DNA of 64,000 bases, taken from NCBI GenBank assembly GCA_002245135.1, contig NGBS01000015.1, positions 62,001 to 126,000 of the forward strand. The letters run 5' to 3'. Below are positions 1-12,404 of this stretch, piece by piece. The stretch's first letter is position 1, and each line of letters begins with the position of its first letter. Below the pieces are notes generated by a model, which worked only from the letters and a program-made list of their open reading frames with translations, was not told the origin of the DNA and ran no database searches. A program made the translations under genes and the position numbers. Source of the stretch: Proteromonas lacertae. Lineage: Eukaryota.

Positions 1-2948
1 TTTTAATGTTTGTATCAGTTCTCGTAATAGGTTTAACTGATCTGGGTGGTTTTGTAATGCTTCATTTAGGTCTTCTAATGTTGAAAATTCATTTGGTTGA
101 TTCTGCAATGCTCCTATCAGTTTTTGTATTGCTATTAACTGTTCTGGGTGGTTTTGCAATATTTGCCTTAGGTGTAGTAATATTGTCAATTCATCTGGTT
201 GTTTTTGCAATGTTTCTATCAGTCCTTGTACTGTTGTTAATTGTAGTGAGTAGTATTGTATTTCTTGTATTATACTATCCACTGATTTGAATTGTTGTAA
301 TGTTTGAATTAGGTCTTGTATTGCTGTAATTATTTCTGCCTGGTTCTGTAATGTATATAATTTGTTTAGTTGTGAAGGATTTTGCACTAATTCTAACAAT
401 ATTATCTGCTTTGGCTGGATTTGTAATGCTTGTATAAAACTTTGTGATACTTTCAATTGTTGTGAATAGTTTTGTATTGTTTGTATTAAGTCTTGTATTG
501 CTTTAAATTTAGGTGATTTGTCTTTTCTTGAAATTTCTATTAAATTCTTCAATAAATTCAGATGTAGTTCTGAATTACTCTGTAAGGTTTGTATTAAATT
601 CAGTAATAATTGAAGTTCAGATTGATTTTTCAACATTTCAATTAAAATATGTAAAAACTCTTTTTGTTGTGGTGGTTGGTCTTCTAACTCTTGTATTAAA
701 CTTTGTAATTCTTTCAATTGTGGCAGTTGTTGATTATTTTCCACTTTCTCCATTACCTCTTCTAATGATGATAATAATGGAACTATTTTCTGTATATAAA
801 CCTGTATAGATTGGAGAAGCTGATAATTGTTTTGTATTATCTGTATTAGATTCTGTAATTCATTTAATTGGTTTTGGTCTTCATATACTGCTAACTGTTG
901 TAATTGATTATTCGATGAAGGAATCTGTTTCAATAATACAGTTTGTAATTTCTTTATTGTTTCTTGTATTACATCTATTTGAGTAGTTACTCTATTACAT
1001 GAACTTTGTGATGTGGATGACAAAGAATTGTATATTTTATTTAATTCTTGTATTTGTTTATCAATTTCTTCTATCATATTTTGAAATGTAAGCAATTGTA
1101 ATATTATTCTATAATCTTCACTATGTAATTTAGACTTGATATTTTTTAATAATTCTAATTGTTCTTCTATATTTTTCAATTGTTTTTCAATTAATTCAAA
1201 CAGTGTACTTTCCGTTATAATGTTTTTATTTCCAAAACATATCAATTTATTGTTTAATTTCTTATATTCATCCATATCACCATTTAAAATATTCTTGAAT
1301 TGATTTATTATCACCTCTCCATAGATATTCTTCAAACCACGTTTAATATTATTGTCAACATCTATTCTATTCTCAACTACGTTAATCAAAAACTATAATA
1401 ACAAATTAATATATATATATATATACATATGTTTCACATAATATTCTCTTCCTTTCATCCATCTGCAATATATAACTTTTTTTTAATTCATTTGGAATAT
1501 AACCATTTTGATAAAGTGACGATATTAAAATCTTTATATTTTCTTCCTTATTATCAATAACAAGACTTTTCAAATAATTAATTATATCAGCTTTATGACA
1601 ATCATAAAACATCTATGTAATAATAAAAATAAAAATATACGTTTAACAAAGCAATTACATTCTCTTTAATAACATGCTTTTCATTAGTTGTCATTTGAAC
1701 ACCAGTTATGTTGAATTTATTAATAATACACCCATCGATGCATGGGAAATTGGATATTTCACTAAAATCTAAATACAATCCTTCAACACTTTCTTCTTTT
1801 TCTGTTACATATTTTGTCTCTTTATTGAGATACTCCATTATTTTATCGATTTTATACATATAATATTTATTCTCTGGAAGATATATTGAATAATAATCTC
1901 CTTTGAAATCCACAAATTCATACTGGTAACTAGTAGTTGATAATATAATATGACATAATCTTTCATATATTTTACCGTCATTATCTTTCATGAATGAATT
2001 ATATAATTCTTTATAATTCTCTTTGCCTATGAAGATATTACCAATTATATAATCTCTAATTGCATTAGATTTAAATATTAATCGATCTGGTATGTCATTT
2101 ATCCTTTCTATATCATATATATAACATTTTTCGTTATATGTTGGTGGAATATATGAAGGCAATTTGTCTGTTTCTGTTTTAAACTCTAAATACATACCTA
2201 ATAAACTTCGAGTAGATGCACCTTTTAAAATATATCCATAATTTTTACACTTTGTTAGCAAATCCTCTTCTTCACTATCTTCATCATCATCTTCTTCATC
2301 ATCATCTCCAACATCCATTAGTGGATTTTTCCCCTCATTAACTTTACCAATTATTACTATTAACTCTTCTTCAGTAAATTGTGGTAAATAAAACTGAATT
2401 GGAGCTCTTTTATTACTCATCACTTTGTACTTATCTGCATTTGGAGAACTTATCATAATAACTACCTCATCATCACTATAATCATCTTCTTTAATCTCAC
2501 AATTATCACTAATTATAATGGTTTTGCTCTTCGTTTCTGGTAAAACATCAGCTGCCTTGAACTTATTACCATAAGCTTCTCGCAGATAATATTTTTTTCT
2601 TTTATCTACTAAACCATAAAATATAATATTATAATCCTTAAAATCTTGATCATGATTAAAGCAATATGCAAGGACAATACATAAACTTGTCTTTCCTGTA
2701 GACTGATTTCCATATATCAAAAAGCATTTCTGATACAGTAATTTTTGGAGCGATGAAGTTTCTTGGGGTAATTGATCTAGTAGTGGTGGTGATGATGTAA
2801 TTTTCTTCTTCATCTCACTATAAATACCAACATAACAATCTCTTATAAGTATGTAAGGATTTTTCATAAAGTATTTGCTATCTGTTTCTTTCACCATCAC
2901 CACATCATTTATACAACCATAACTTACACTTCTATTAATAATACTCAT
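1..2948 (-). CDS. Crinkler/RHS-like P-loop NTPase + PD-(D/E)xK nuclease protein with Gln/Leu-rich helical tail; 3' end runs off the window
   Basis: Walker A GNQSTGKTS; GKIYERLCH and NFPCIDG...GVQMT...H nuclease-like motifs. GT-AG introns at about 1613-1640 and 1393-1426 join ORFs 1602..2948 and 1406..1612 to a frame that stays open toward position 1. Confidence 0.7.
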
Positions 2949-3067
2949 TTTTGATAATCATATAGATAAATTATTTGATAATCAAACAAATATTATGTTC
3001 AGTAAACACAAGTTTCTTCAAGCCAAACAAATTTGAATTATTTGTTTGAAGTTAAAACATTCAATCA

Positions 3068-4093
3068 CTGAGAAAATGTCATCTTTTGGGAAGCTGTAAT
3101 GGAGTTGAAAGGTGCAGAAGGACTTACTGAAGAGTGTTATGTGAATTGTTTAATGCATATTTATAAGAGATTTATATCTGAAAATGGTGATTTAGAAATT
3201 AATATCAATGATTCAATGAAGAAAGAAATAACCAAAGAAATTGAAAAAGGTAATTATACTTTATCAATTTTTGATAAAGCAATGGCTGAAATTGAAGAAT
3301 TAATAAATGTAAATGCGTTTTATACATTCCAATCATCAGCTCATTTTGAAAGTGCTAAAACATTAATGAATTGGTATAACAACTATGCCAAGATGGAACC
3401 ACAAGCTCAAAGTGCAGTATTTATGAAAGTGATGCAAGATGGTATATATATAAGTGCTCAAAACTATTATATCTTTTTTTTTATTATATTATTGTATAAT
3501 TATTTTAAATATTTATTTTTCTTTAATAATGATTACTTATTAATGGATTTGAAAATCCTCCTGTTTTTCATGAAACTGCTACAGCTGGTGGTGGTATTCA
3601 ATCAGCAATTGTTTCATTCGTTTCAAAGGGTAATCCTAATCTAAGTAGACCTCCCAGTATGTTTGCAGGTACAGTGAAACTATCAACTCATGAATCATCT
3701 CATAACCAATCATCATCCAATGATCTTTCAAGACAAATTCGTTCAAGTAGAACAGGAACTTCTCCTCAACCTCCTCCTTCTAGAAAAGCTTCTCATGTTG
3801 TTCAACAATATGCTTCTGCTAATAGGATATCAGGTTTAAAGACGAGTATGAGAATGTATAATAGTAATGCAAATAGTCCAAGAAGATCAAAGGTAATTAC
3901 ACCAACTGAAATGCCTGGTGCAATTCCTGTTACTGTTTCTACTCCTCTTACAAATTCTACTCTACTTACTACTTCTGCTATAGGTGCTTATACTCCAGGT
4001 GGTACTTCTACTCCAGTTACTAATTCCTTCCATATTGCTCCAATTTCAGAGAATGTACTTCCTCCTGTGAAGAAATCACCAAACGATGTGTAA
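3068..4093 (+). pseudogene. 5'-truncated paralog of the 7TM-RGS receptor (RGS C-terminal half + Ser/Thr-rich tail)
   Basis: Starts abruptly at ENVIFWEAV, matching EENIIFWEAV of the 19727-23003 gene. ORFs 3099 and 3659 are joined in frame by an AT-AC intron at 3469-3536. No TM or ectodomain sequence upstream. Confidence 0.7.
3469..3536 (+). other. U12-type AT-AC intron (68 nt)
   Basis: 5' ATATCTTT, branch-like TTCTTTAAT about 10 nt before the terminal AC. Removal gives in-frame NYFINGFENPP. There is no AG acceptor. Confidence 0.8.
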
Positions 4094-4227
4094 GTTACTC
4101 ATATTATTTATATATTAACCCTAAAATTAATATTTTAATATATATTATATGATGTTTTTTGTGAATATATCATATAATTATCGATTGTTAGACTAATAAC
4201 ACAGTTTAATAATAGAATAATAATAGA

Positions 4228-5838
4228 TTAATATGAAAATGATTTAGGAACAACATTTCTCTTTGTTAGTTTGGAACTTATATCATACTCATTTTTATCT
4301 AATCTACAATGATAGTAAAATATATTAGCATTACCATGCTTCTCCATACTATCACATGAATATTTCTTTGTTTCATTCTCTTCTTCATCTTTGATTGTAT
4401 TTACTTCGATTGTTTTTATTCCTATGAAATGGGATACTAGATTTGGTTCATTTGATGGTTGTTGATTTGATGGTTGTTGATTTGATTGTTGTTGATTTGA
4501 TGGTTGAGCAATATTTCTATTTGATGATACATAAATATAATGAAATTCTGACCAATCAAATAAAATGTTCAAATGTATCATACAATCTTTAATTATATCA
4601 TTGCATTCTCTACTCTCATCTATAACATTTACTACATGAATAAAACAATTATTCAACATATAAATCATTTCTCTGTTTTCAGTTGCTAAATGAACTAAAT
4701 ACATATTACTATCCTTTTTACAATATATATCACCTTCAAATAATTGTTTAAAATATGCAAATTTATTTATATCTATTTCTTTTAATCTAATTCCACAACC
4801 ATGATATAAACAGTTGTAAAACATTAGTTCATCAAATAATAATTTAAACAATTGGGTATTTTTTCCTTTTTCATAAATATCATTAAATATATGTTTAAGT
4901 TTTTCCACATCTTCTTCTCCAGCTTTATGCTTTATACAATCATAAATATAATCAAATACATCATCAGATATAAATTCCATTTCATATTCATTGATTCTGT
5001 CATAGTATTTGATTTTATTCTCTTCATCTTTAAAAGGGATAGAATATTTAATAATATAATGACTTAACGTACTATCAAATGTTGTTCTTGCTTTATCGGA
5101 TATTCTATCATCTTCTGTTTTGTTTGGATATAAATATGTCATTAGAAATTCCATATAACCAAGATCACCAATTATTCTCTTTATACCATTTGTATATAAT
5201 TCTTTCCAATAATCTTTACCATAACATTCTTTATAAATTGAGGCATAATAAATATGCCTTGGCACATTTCCATATCTACTATTATAACCTTTTGCTACTT
5301 CTAATAAACAACCTGGTAAACAATTATCTTCCCATTCTACTATTTCATCATCACTAAATACATCCATAAAATAAAAATACATTTTACGAGATGTATCAAA
5401 AAAATTATCATAATTTTTATGATCTGGAGATGTAATATATAATATTATATTAGAATTTGCTGTTTCAGCATCAACATTATATGAATCAGATATTGCTATA
5501 TCACAATTATCTTTATCCTTACCTTCTACCACTTTTTTCTTATTTAAATGATAAGCATTAAAAGGATTATTATCAATTGCACTTTTAAATATATTCACTT
5601 TGACTGGATCTTCAAGATCACTATTTAATTCATTAATTTTCATTAATAGATATATAATGAAGGATGTCTTACCACATCCTGGATTTCCTCTTAATAAGAA
5701 GTTAAAATCACTGTCAAATAATACTTTGGAAATATCATCTATTCTTGGTAATTTATTTATTCTATCTAGTATTTTATATATATTATTCGTAAATGTTTTC
5801 TTTTTATTCACTTCAGTATATTTAAATTCTAACAACAC
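4228..5838 (-). CDS. Stand-alone copy of the second NTPase module (P-loop + degenerate nuclease-like region); no ATG before the P-loop, possibly a truncated duplicate
   Basis: LLRGNPGCGKTSF; strong similarity to 5925..7505 (YITSPD, NSRYGNVPRHIYYA, GIKRIIGDLGY, FDSTLSHY). In-frame TAA at about 5851 and no upstream Met. Confidence 0.6.
   Translation of the reverse strand: MLLEFKYTEVNKKKTFTNNIYKILDRINKLPRIDDISKVLFDSDFNFLLRGNPGCGKTSFIIYLLMKINELNSDLEDPVKVNIFKSAIDNNPFNAYHLNKKKVVEGKDKDNCDIAISDSYNVDAETANSNIILYITSPDHKNYDNFFDTSRKMYFYFMDVFSDDEIVEWEDNCLPGCLLEVAKGYNSRYGNVPRHIYYASIYKECYGKDYWKELYTNGIKRIIGDLGYMEFLMTYLYPNKTEDDRISDKARTTFDSTLSHYIIKYSIPFKDEENKIKYYDRINEYEMEFISDDVFDYIYDCIKHKAGEEDVEKLKHIFNDIYEKGKNTQLFKLLFDELMFYNCLYHGCGIRLKEIDINKFAYFKQLFEGDIYCKKDSNMYLVHLATENREMIYMLNNCFIHVVNVIDESRECNDIIKDCMIHLNILFDWSEFHYIYVSSNRNIAQPSNQQQSNQQPSNQQPSNEPNLVSHFIGIKTIEVNTIKDEEENETKKYSCDSMEKHGNANIFYYHCRLDKNEYDISSKLTKRNVVPKSFSY
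4445..4506 (-). repeat. 15-nt tandem repeat encoding QQPSN units
   Basis: Repeated tttgatggttgttga; protein QPSNQQQSNQQPSNQQPSNEP. Confidence 0.8.
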
Positions 5839-5924
5839 TGCTTTTTCTCCTTATGTATCGCAGTCAAAGAATTATATAATGAGTGTTTTAGAAAAGAAAT
5901 TATAAAATAATAATAATTAGTGAA

Positions 5925-8900
5925 TTAGAATTTCATTTTTCTTTCTGCTTTAACTTTTGGGGAAAAACCTCTTCCATACATATCTCTATTTAATTGACAT
6001 TTACTTAAATGAAAACTTATATAACCAGATAATGGTATTTCTGTTTCATCTATAAAGAATTTTGTTATTTTGCTATGTTTTGTTGGTGAAAATACTTCTT
6101 CTACTGTCATTTTTCCTTTGTTTTTATTTTGAGGATTCTTTATTCCTATTAAGTGCGATGATGATATATGATTTTCTACTGGTGCGATACTGGCTTCTTT
6201 TGGAGAAAAAGAAATGTAATAGAAGTCAGACCATTTCATTTTTATTTTCAAACATATCATACACTTTTTAATTAAGTCATAACGATCTTCTACATTTTCA
6301 TTTTCATTTTCATTTTCATTCATTATGTGAATAAAACAATTATTAAATAAGTAAATCATTTCTTTGTTCTTTAGAGTAGCTAAATGAAGTAAATATAATT
6401 CACCTTCATTTTCTTTTGAAACCTCATTTTCTTCCTTTTTAGTAGAATATATATCTCCATCAAATAATTCTTTAAATTCTTCAAATTCATCATCTTTTAT
6501 TCTTTCTAATTTAACACCTAAACTTCCTTCTAACATATCTGTATGATACAAACAGTTGTACCATACTAATTCTTGAAACAATAATATAAACAATTGATGA
6601 TCTTGTTCATAAGATACATCTTTTAACAGTTGTTGTATTGTTTTTACGTCATTTTCTTCAGCTTTGTGTCTTATACAATCATAAATATAATCGAATACTT
6701 CATCTGATATGAATTCCAGTTCATATTCATTGATTCTATCATAACATTTGGTTGATTCATCTTCTACTTTGAAGGGAATAGAATATTTCACTAAATAGTG
6801 ACTTAATGTACTATCAAATAATACTGTCCTTTTTTCAGATATCTTTATCTCTTCTTCTTCTTTATTTTTGTTGGGTTCATTAAGATATAAATAAGTAATT
6901 AAAAATTCAATATAACCAAGATCACCAATTATTCTTTTAATACCAACTGTGTATATTTCATCCCAATAATCCTTTTTATAACATACATCATATATTGCTG
7001 CATAATAGATATGTCTTGGAACATTTCCATATCTACTATTATTACATTTTGCTATTTCTTTTAAATCGTCTGGTAAACAATATCTTTCCCATTCCTCAAT
7101 TTCTTTTTCACTAAAAACGTCCATATAATAATATACTTTTTTACCATCAGTATCATAAAAATTATCATAATTCTGATAATCAGGTGAAGTTATATATAAT
7201 GAAATTTCAGCATCAATATCTCCCTTTTCAAGATTATATGAATCAGATATGGCTAAATCACAATATGTATCACCATATTTTTCATATACTCTTTTGTTAT
7301 TCAAGGCATATCTATTACACTTTACATCTCTTCCTTTTTTAAATACCAATGTTTGAATTGGAAATTTTAACACTTCATTCAATTTATTCATTTCTTTTTC
7401 CAATTTATCATTTAAATCGATAAGATTTTGTAACAAATATATTATAAAGGATGTTTTACCACATCCTGGATTACCTCTCAACAGAATATTTATTTTTTCT
7501 CCCAAGTCTATATTTTCTTCATCTTCATTTACAATTTCTATATATGCTGTTTTTACAGTTTCGTTAAACTCCTCAAAATTGGATATGTTATTGAGAAGTT
7601 TGATGTTATTTCCAATACTATATTTTGTGTAATACTCATTCTTTTCTTTAATCCATTCATTTAATTCATTTATAATAATATTGATGGTTAATAACCTATT
7701 TTTATCAATTGTTTCAAATACTTCAGAGAAAAACCTTAATTTAACAAATAAAATATATTTCTTTATTTCATTCCATATATCTTTATATATATCTCGAATA
7801 TATACTTTCTTTTGAGGATATTGGTAAATATCACAATCAATATTTATTATATTATCACCATCTATTGTAACAGGGCGATCAAATACTTTACATAAAGAAT
7901 TAGTTTCTATATTTAATATACAATAATAACAGTAATAATATACTTGTACAGGATTTACAATATTTGTATAAACTACCTTTCATTTCTTTAATAGTATTAA
8001 AAGCAACATCTAATTCTTCTGAATTACATGAATTGAAATTTAATTCTTTTAATTTTTTTACTTTTTCATTATTTGGATCTAACTCTATACTATCATTGAT
8101 TTTTCTCCACTCATCATTAATTATTGTTCTTTTATCATCATCTGACATTTTATTTACAATACAATTTGTTAGATCTCTTTCAATTGTATTTGGATGGTAA
8201 AAGATTTGGCTAAATGTATTTCTATCAATAACAATTTCAGGAATATCTTTCTTCTGTTCATATTTCTTAATAAGCAAACTTGAATATTCTTTAGGTTGGA
8301 ATTCTAATATTTTCTTTTCTCTTATATATCTCTTTTCTATTCCTTTATCACCTACAAAAAATTTGAGATACTCACGTAATTCTATTAAACCCATTCTTAA
8401 TGTACTAAATCGGAGTCTTTTTGATTTTATAGCTATAATAATTTTCATTTGATCTACACTCAATACTATATTTCCTGTATTAATTCTTTTTGTATCATGT
8501 TGAGCTGAATCAACAATCCAATTATAATTGTTTTTCATCTCCATAATCATTTTATTTTTAAATTTTCCATACAAATCAAAATTAACTGAGCCTTCTTTAA
8601 ATGAATCTCTTACTTGATCGCTGTCATATGAAACATACACTATATTGAATATTGGATTAAACATTTCTAATTCATTTATAGCTTCATTTATATTACTGTT
8701 TGTTATTGACTATAATAATAATAATAATAATAAACAATACATTTATTATTTCTATTTTCATTTTTCCTTTCCTATTAACATCCAAGTTATTGTAATACTC
8801 ATCAACTAAATAATCATTTAAATCATGTAATATTTTTCTGTTATATAAATTAATATTATCGTTTTGAATAGTTTCTACCACTGTATTTAAACTAATTTTT

Positions 8901-11900
8901 ATTAATTCATTTGCTTCTTCAATATCATACATATCTACTAACTGTAATTGTTTCTGACAGAACAACAATTGATAATCTAGTGAATATAATGCATATTTTG
9001 TTTGTTTTAATAATTTTTCCTCATATGTATGTAAATCATTAGATAATTTCTTTACTTCATCATTCTTTATTTTTTCTTCTAAGTATTTCTGTAGTACATT
9101 GTATAAACCATATAATTTACTCTCAAATAATAATTCATTACTGTTTGTCGTATCTAACAATTGCAATAATGATCTGAACTGCTTCTCCATTATGTAAAAC
9201 TCATTCATCAACTCATCTAATTGATTTAATTCTGGAATGTTACATAATTTCTGTATTTCATTCTGCAAATTTATATTTGAGTGTGATAGTTGATTCTGTA
9301 ATGTCTGTATTTCATTCTGTATTGTCTTTATTGAATCTTCTGGTAGTTGACTCTTTAATTTCTGTATTTCATATTGTAATATTTTCATTTGAACTTCTGG
9401 TATTTCATTCTGTAATTGCTGTATTATATTTGGTATCATTTCTATTTGATCTGGTGTTATTTTTTTCTGAAACTCGTTTATATGACTTTGTAATATTTCT
9501 ATCTGAGCTTGTGGTATTTCATTCAGTAATCTCATTATTTGATTCTTTAATACTTCTATTTGAGATGGTGATATGTTGGTTTTCGTTAATGTTTCTAATT
9601 GATTTTCTAATGTATGCATTTGATTTGATAACTGAAATAATATCTGTAACATATTCATTTGAACTTCTGGTATTTCATTCTGTAATTCTTCTATAATCAA
9701 ATCTAATGTTGTTACATAAATTAATGGAAATCCTGGCTGAATATTATCCTTTAACTCTTTTATATGACTTTGTAATATTTCTATATGAGCTTGTGGTATA
9801 TCATTCATTAATCTCATTATTTGATTCTTTAATATTTCTATTTGAGATGGTGATATTTCATTCATTAATTTCAGAATTTGAACTTGAGGAATTTCACTCA
9901 TTTGATTTTGTAATATTTCTGATAGGGATTCTGGTAATTGCTTATATAATTTAAGCAACATTGGGATTTGAGGTGGATGAAGAAGAGTTTGTAATGTCAG
10001 TACTTTATTCTTTACTGTATATACTATGTCTGATAGTTTTTCTTGTAAAACTAAAATCAGTGTTGAATATAATTTCAATTGTTTTAATATTAAATCATTC
10101 ATGAAGGGAATATGTAATATTCTATCTTTTAATGATATTAATAAGTTGCTCAATTCTTGTGGTTTTCTATTTAATACGTCTAATCGAGTTTGTAATTCTA
10201 GTAATTGAATTGATAATACATAAGGTTGTATATTCAGTGTTTGAAACTGTTTAACAAATGATTCTCTTGATGAAGGTATTTCATTTGATAAATTAGTAAT
10301 AAATTTATCTGTAGTAATTTTCAATTCTTCTATTTTGGATAGTAATAATACTATTCTGTTCTGTAACCCAATTGAACTAAAATTATTCAAATGTATTGTT
10401 AATTTAGATAATAATGTTTTAATTGTTTCTGCTATATTATTCCATATCAATAATTGGTTTTTGTATTGGTATTTTCCATTATTTAATATTTCTATTTGAA
10501 ATGTCAATGTATTTATTCTTCCTTCCATTAGTGATATTATATCATTATCTTCTATTTTTTTCTCTATTATTGGATATAATTTAACCATATTTTCATTATT
10601 CAACTTGGAATTAAGCTCATTAAAAGTATTTACATCACTATTTATAATATTCTGGAATTGCTTTATCCTCTCTACCTCATAAATGTTTATCAAATCTGAC
10701 TGAATGTATTTTCTACAGGTAATTTCATTTATCAAAAACTATAATAGTAATAACAATATTAAATATACATAGCTTTCACATAATATTCTCTTTCTTTCAT
10801 CCATCAATAGAATATATTTTTCTTTTAATTGACTGGGTATATAACCATTCTGATATAATGAAGATGATATTACTTTTCTATATTCATCATTAGAACTATT
10901 AAATCCTTTCAAATACTCTTCTTTTATTTTATCTTTACGATGATTAAAAAACATCTATTCAAGTATAATATTTATGTTTATACATTCAATAACACTATTA
11001 CTGTATTTACTGTTGGATGATCTTTATCTATAGTCATTTGAATAGGAGTAACATTAAATCTATTAATTATACAGCCATCAATAGCTGGAAAATTTGAGAT
11101 TTCGCTAAAATCAATATATATTTCATCCTTTTTGCTATCACTTATATGATCAAAATCTATTTTGTTATGTATCGTAACACTTATTATCAGGAATGAATAT
11201 CAACTCATTATCCATTCTGCAATTAGCAAAAATAATATGAATCATTCTTTCAAAAACATTACCATTTCTTCCCTTCATAAATACATTATATAATTCTTCA
11301 TAATACTTAGTCTCATTAAAATGGTAATATAAAATTTGTTTGGCTATTTCATCTGACAAAAACTTTAATCGATCAGGAATGGCATTAACTTTATCTACAT
11401 CATAAATGAAACATTTTTGGTTATATTTTTGTGGAATAAATACAGGCAATCCATCATTTTTATCAAATCTTGCATTAGCATATTGAAATGAGGGTAATCT
11501 AGATCGAGTAAAGCCATTGTAGATTTTTCTTTCTTTATCACTGAATTGGGTTATATAAAACTGTATAGGTGCTCTTTTATTACTCATAATCTTATATTTG
11601 CTTGAGTTTGGAGAGCTTATCATTATCACTACTTCATCATTGCTAAATTCGTCTTCTCTGATTTGAAAATTGTCACTGATTATTATTGTTTTTCTTTTCG
11701 TACTGGGTAACTTTTCTGTTTCTTCAAATCTTACTCCATAAGCTTCTCGAAAATAGTAACATGTATGTTCATTTGTTGAAACATAAAACAGGATGATGTT
11801 ATATTCCTTGAAATATTTATCCATGTTGAAACAATATGCTAGAAAACAACTCAAAATGGTCTTACCAAGCTTTTCATTACCATATACCAAGAAACACTTC

Positions 11901-12088
11901 TGAAATTTAGAATTACTACCAATCTGAATTATTCTTTTCATCTCACTATATATTCTCATGAAGCAATCTCTCATTAAAATGAATGTTGTGTCATCAGCGC
12001 AAATCAGTTTCCCATCCTGAATATACTCAGCTTTTACCTTTAAATCGTTAATATTACCATAACTTGATGCAGTGTTATACTTTTGCAT
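5925..12088 (-). CDS. Giant (about 2000 aa) Crinkler/RHS-like protein: NTPase-nuclease-coiled coil/repeats-unknown domain-second NTPase
   Basis: Five ORF-track pieces are joined by GT-AG introns (about 10955-10983, 10739-10768, 8710-8740, 7907-7943) plus one +1 frameshift or 22-nt intron at about 11165. Motifs GNEKLGKT, GNVFERMIH, NFPAIDG...PIQMT...H, then LLRGNPGCGKTSF. Confidence 0.7.
9370..9860 (-). repeat. Internal duplication of about 90 aa in the coiled-coil region
   Basis: ISPSQIE(I/V)LKNQIMRL(M/L)N(D/E)IPQA(H/Q)IEILQSHI...LQNEIPEVQM occurs twice. Confidence 0.8.
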
Positions 12089-12404
12089 TATTCTATAACT
12101 AAAAATGTGAATTATATAATTATCAAGAAAATGTACAGTTATTTATTACAGTTAGGCTTGACAGAATAAATTTATATATATTTTTTAATGTTTGAATAAA
12201 TTTATGGGTTAAAATTTATTTTTATGTTTTTAATAGTTTATCATATAGGATAGTAGAAATAAAGTGTAAAAATAGATATGTAGCTAATTGTTCTAACTCA
12301 GCAGGGTTGTTGATGACTGTAATTGCTTTTATAAAGAGACTCACAAGCTTAAAAATAGCATAAATAGTTTTTATGAAATAATAAAAATTGTAAACACATC
12401 AAAA

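Noticed and set aside
6..809. Hydrophobic plus-strand ORFs 6..290 and 513..809 (also 9277..9954)
   Set aside because: They are antisense shadows of Gln/Asn/Lys-rich minus-strand coding sequence.
5850..5872. U12-like branch sequence TTCTTTGAC upstream of the ATG-less NTPase ORF
   Set aside because: No matching RTATCYTT donor was found upstream, and the nearest AC leads into a stop.
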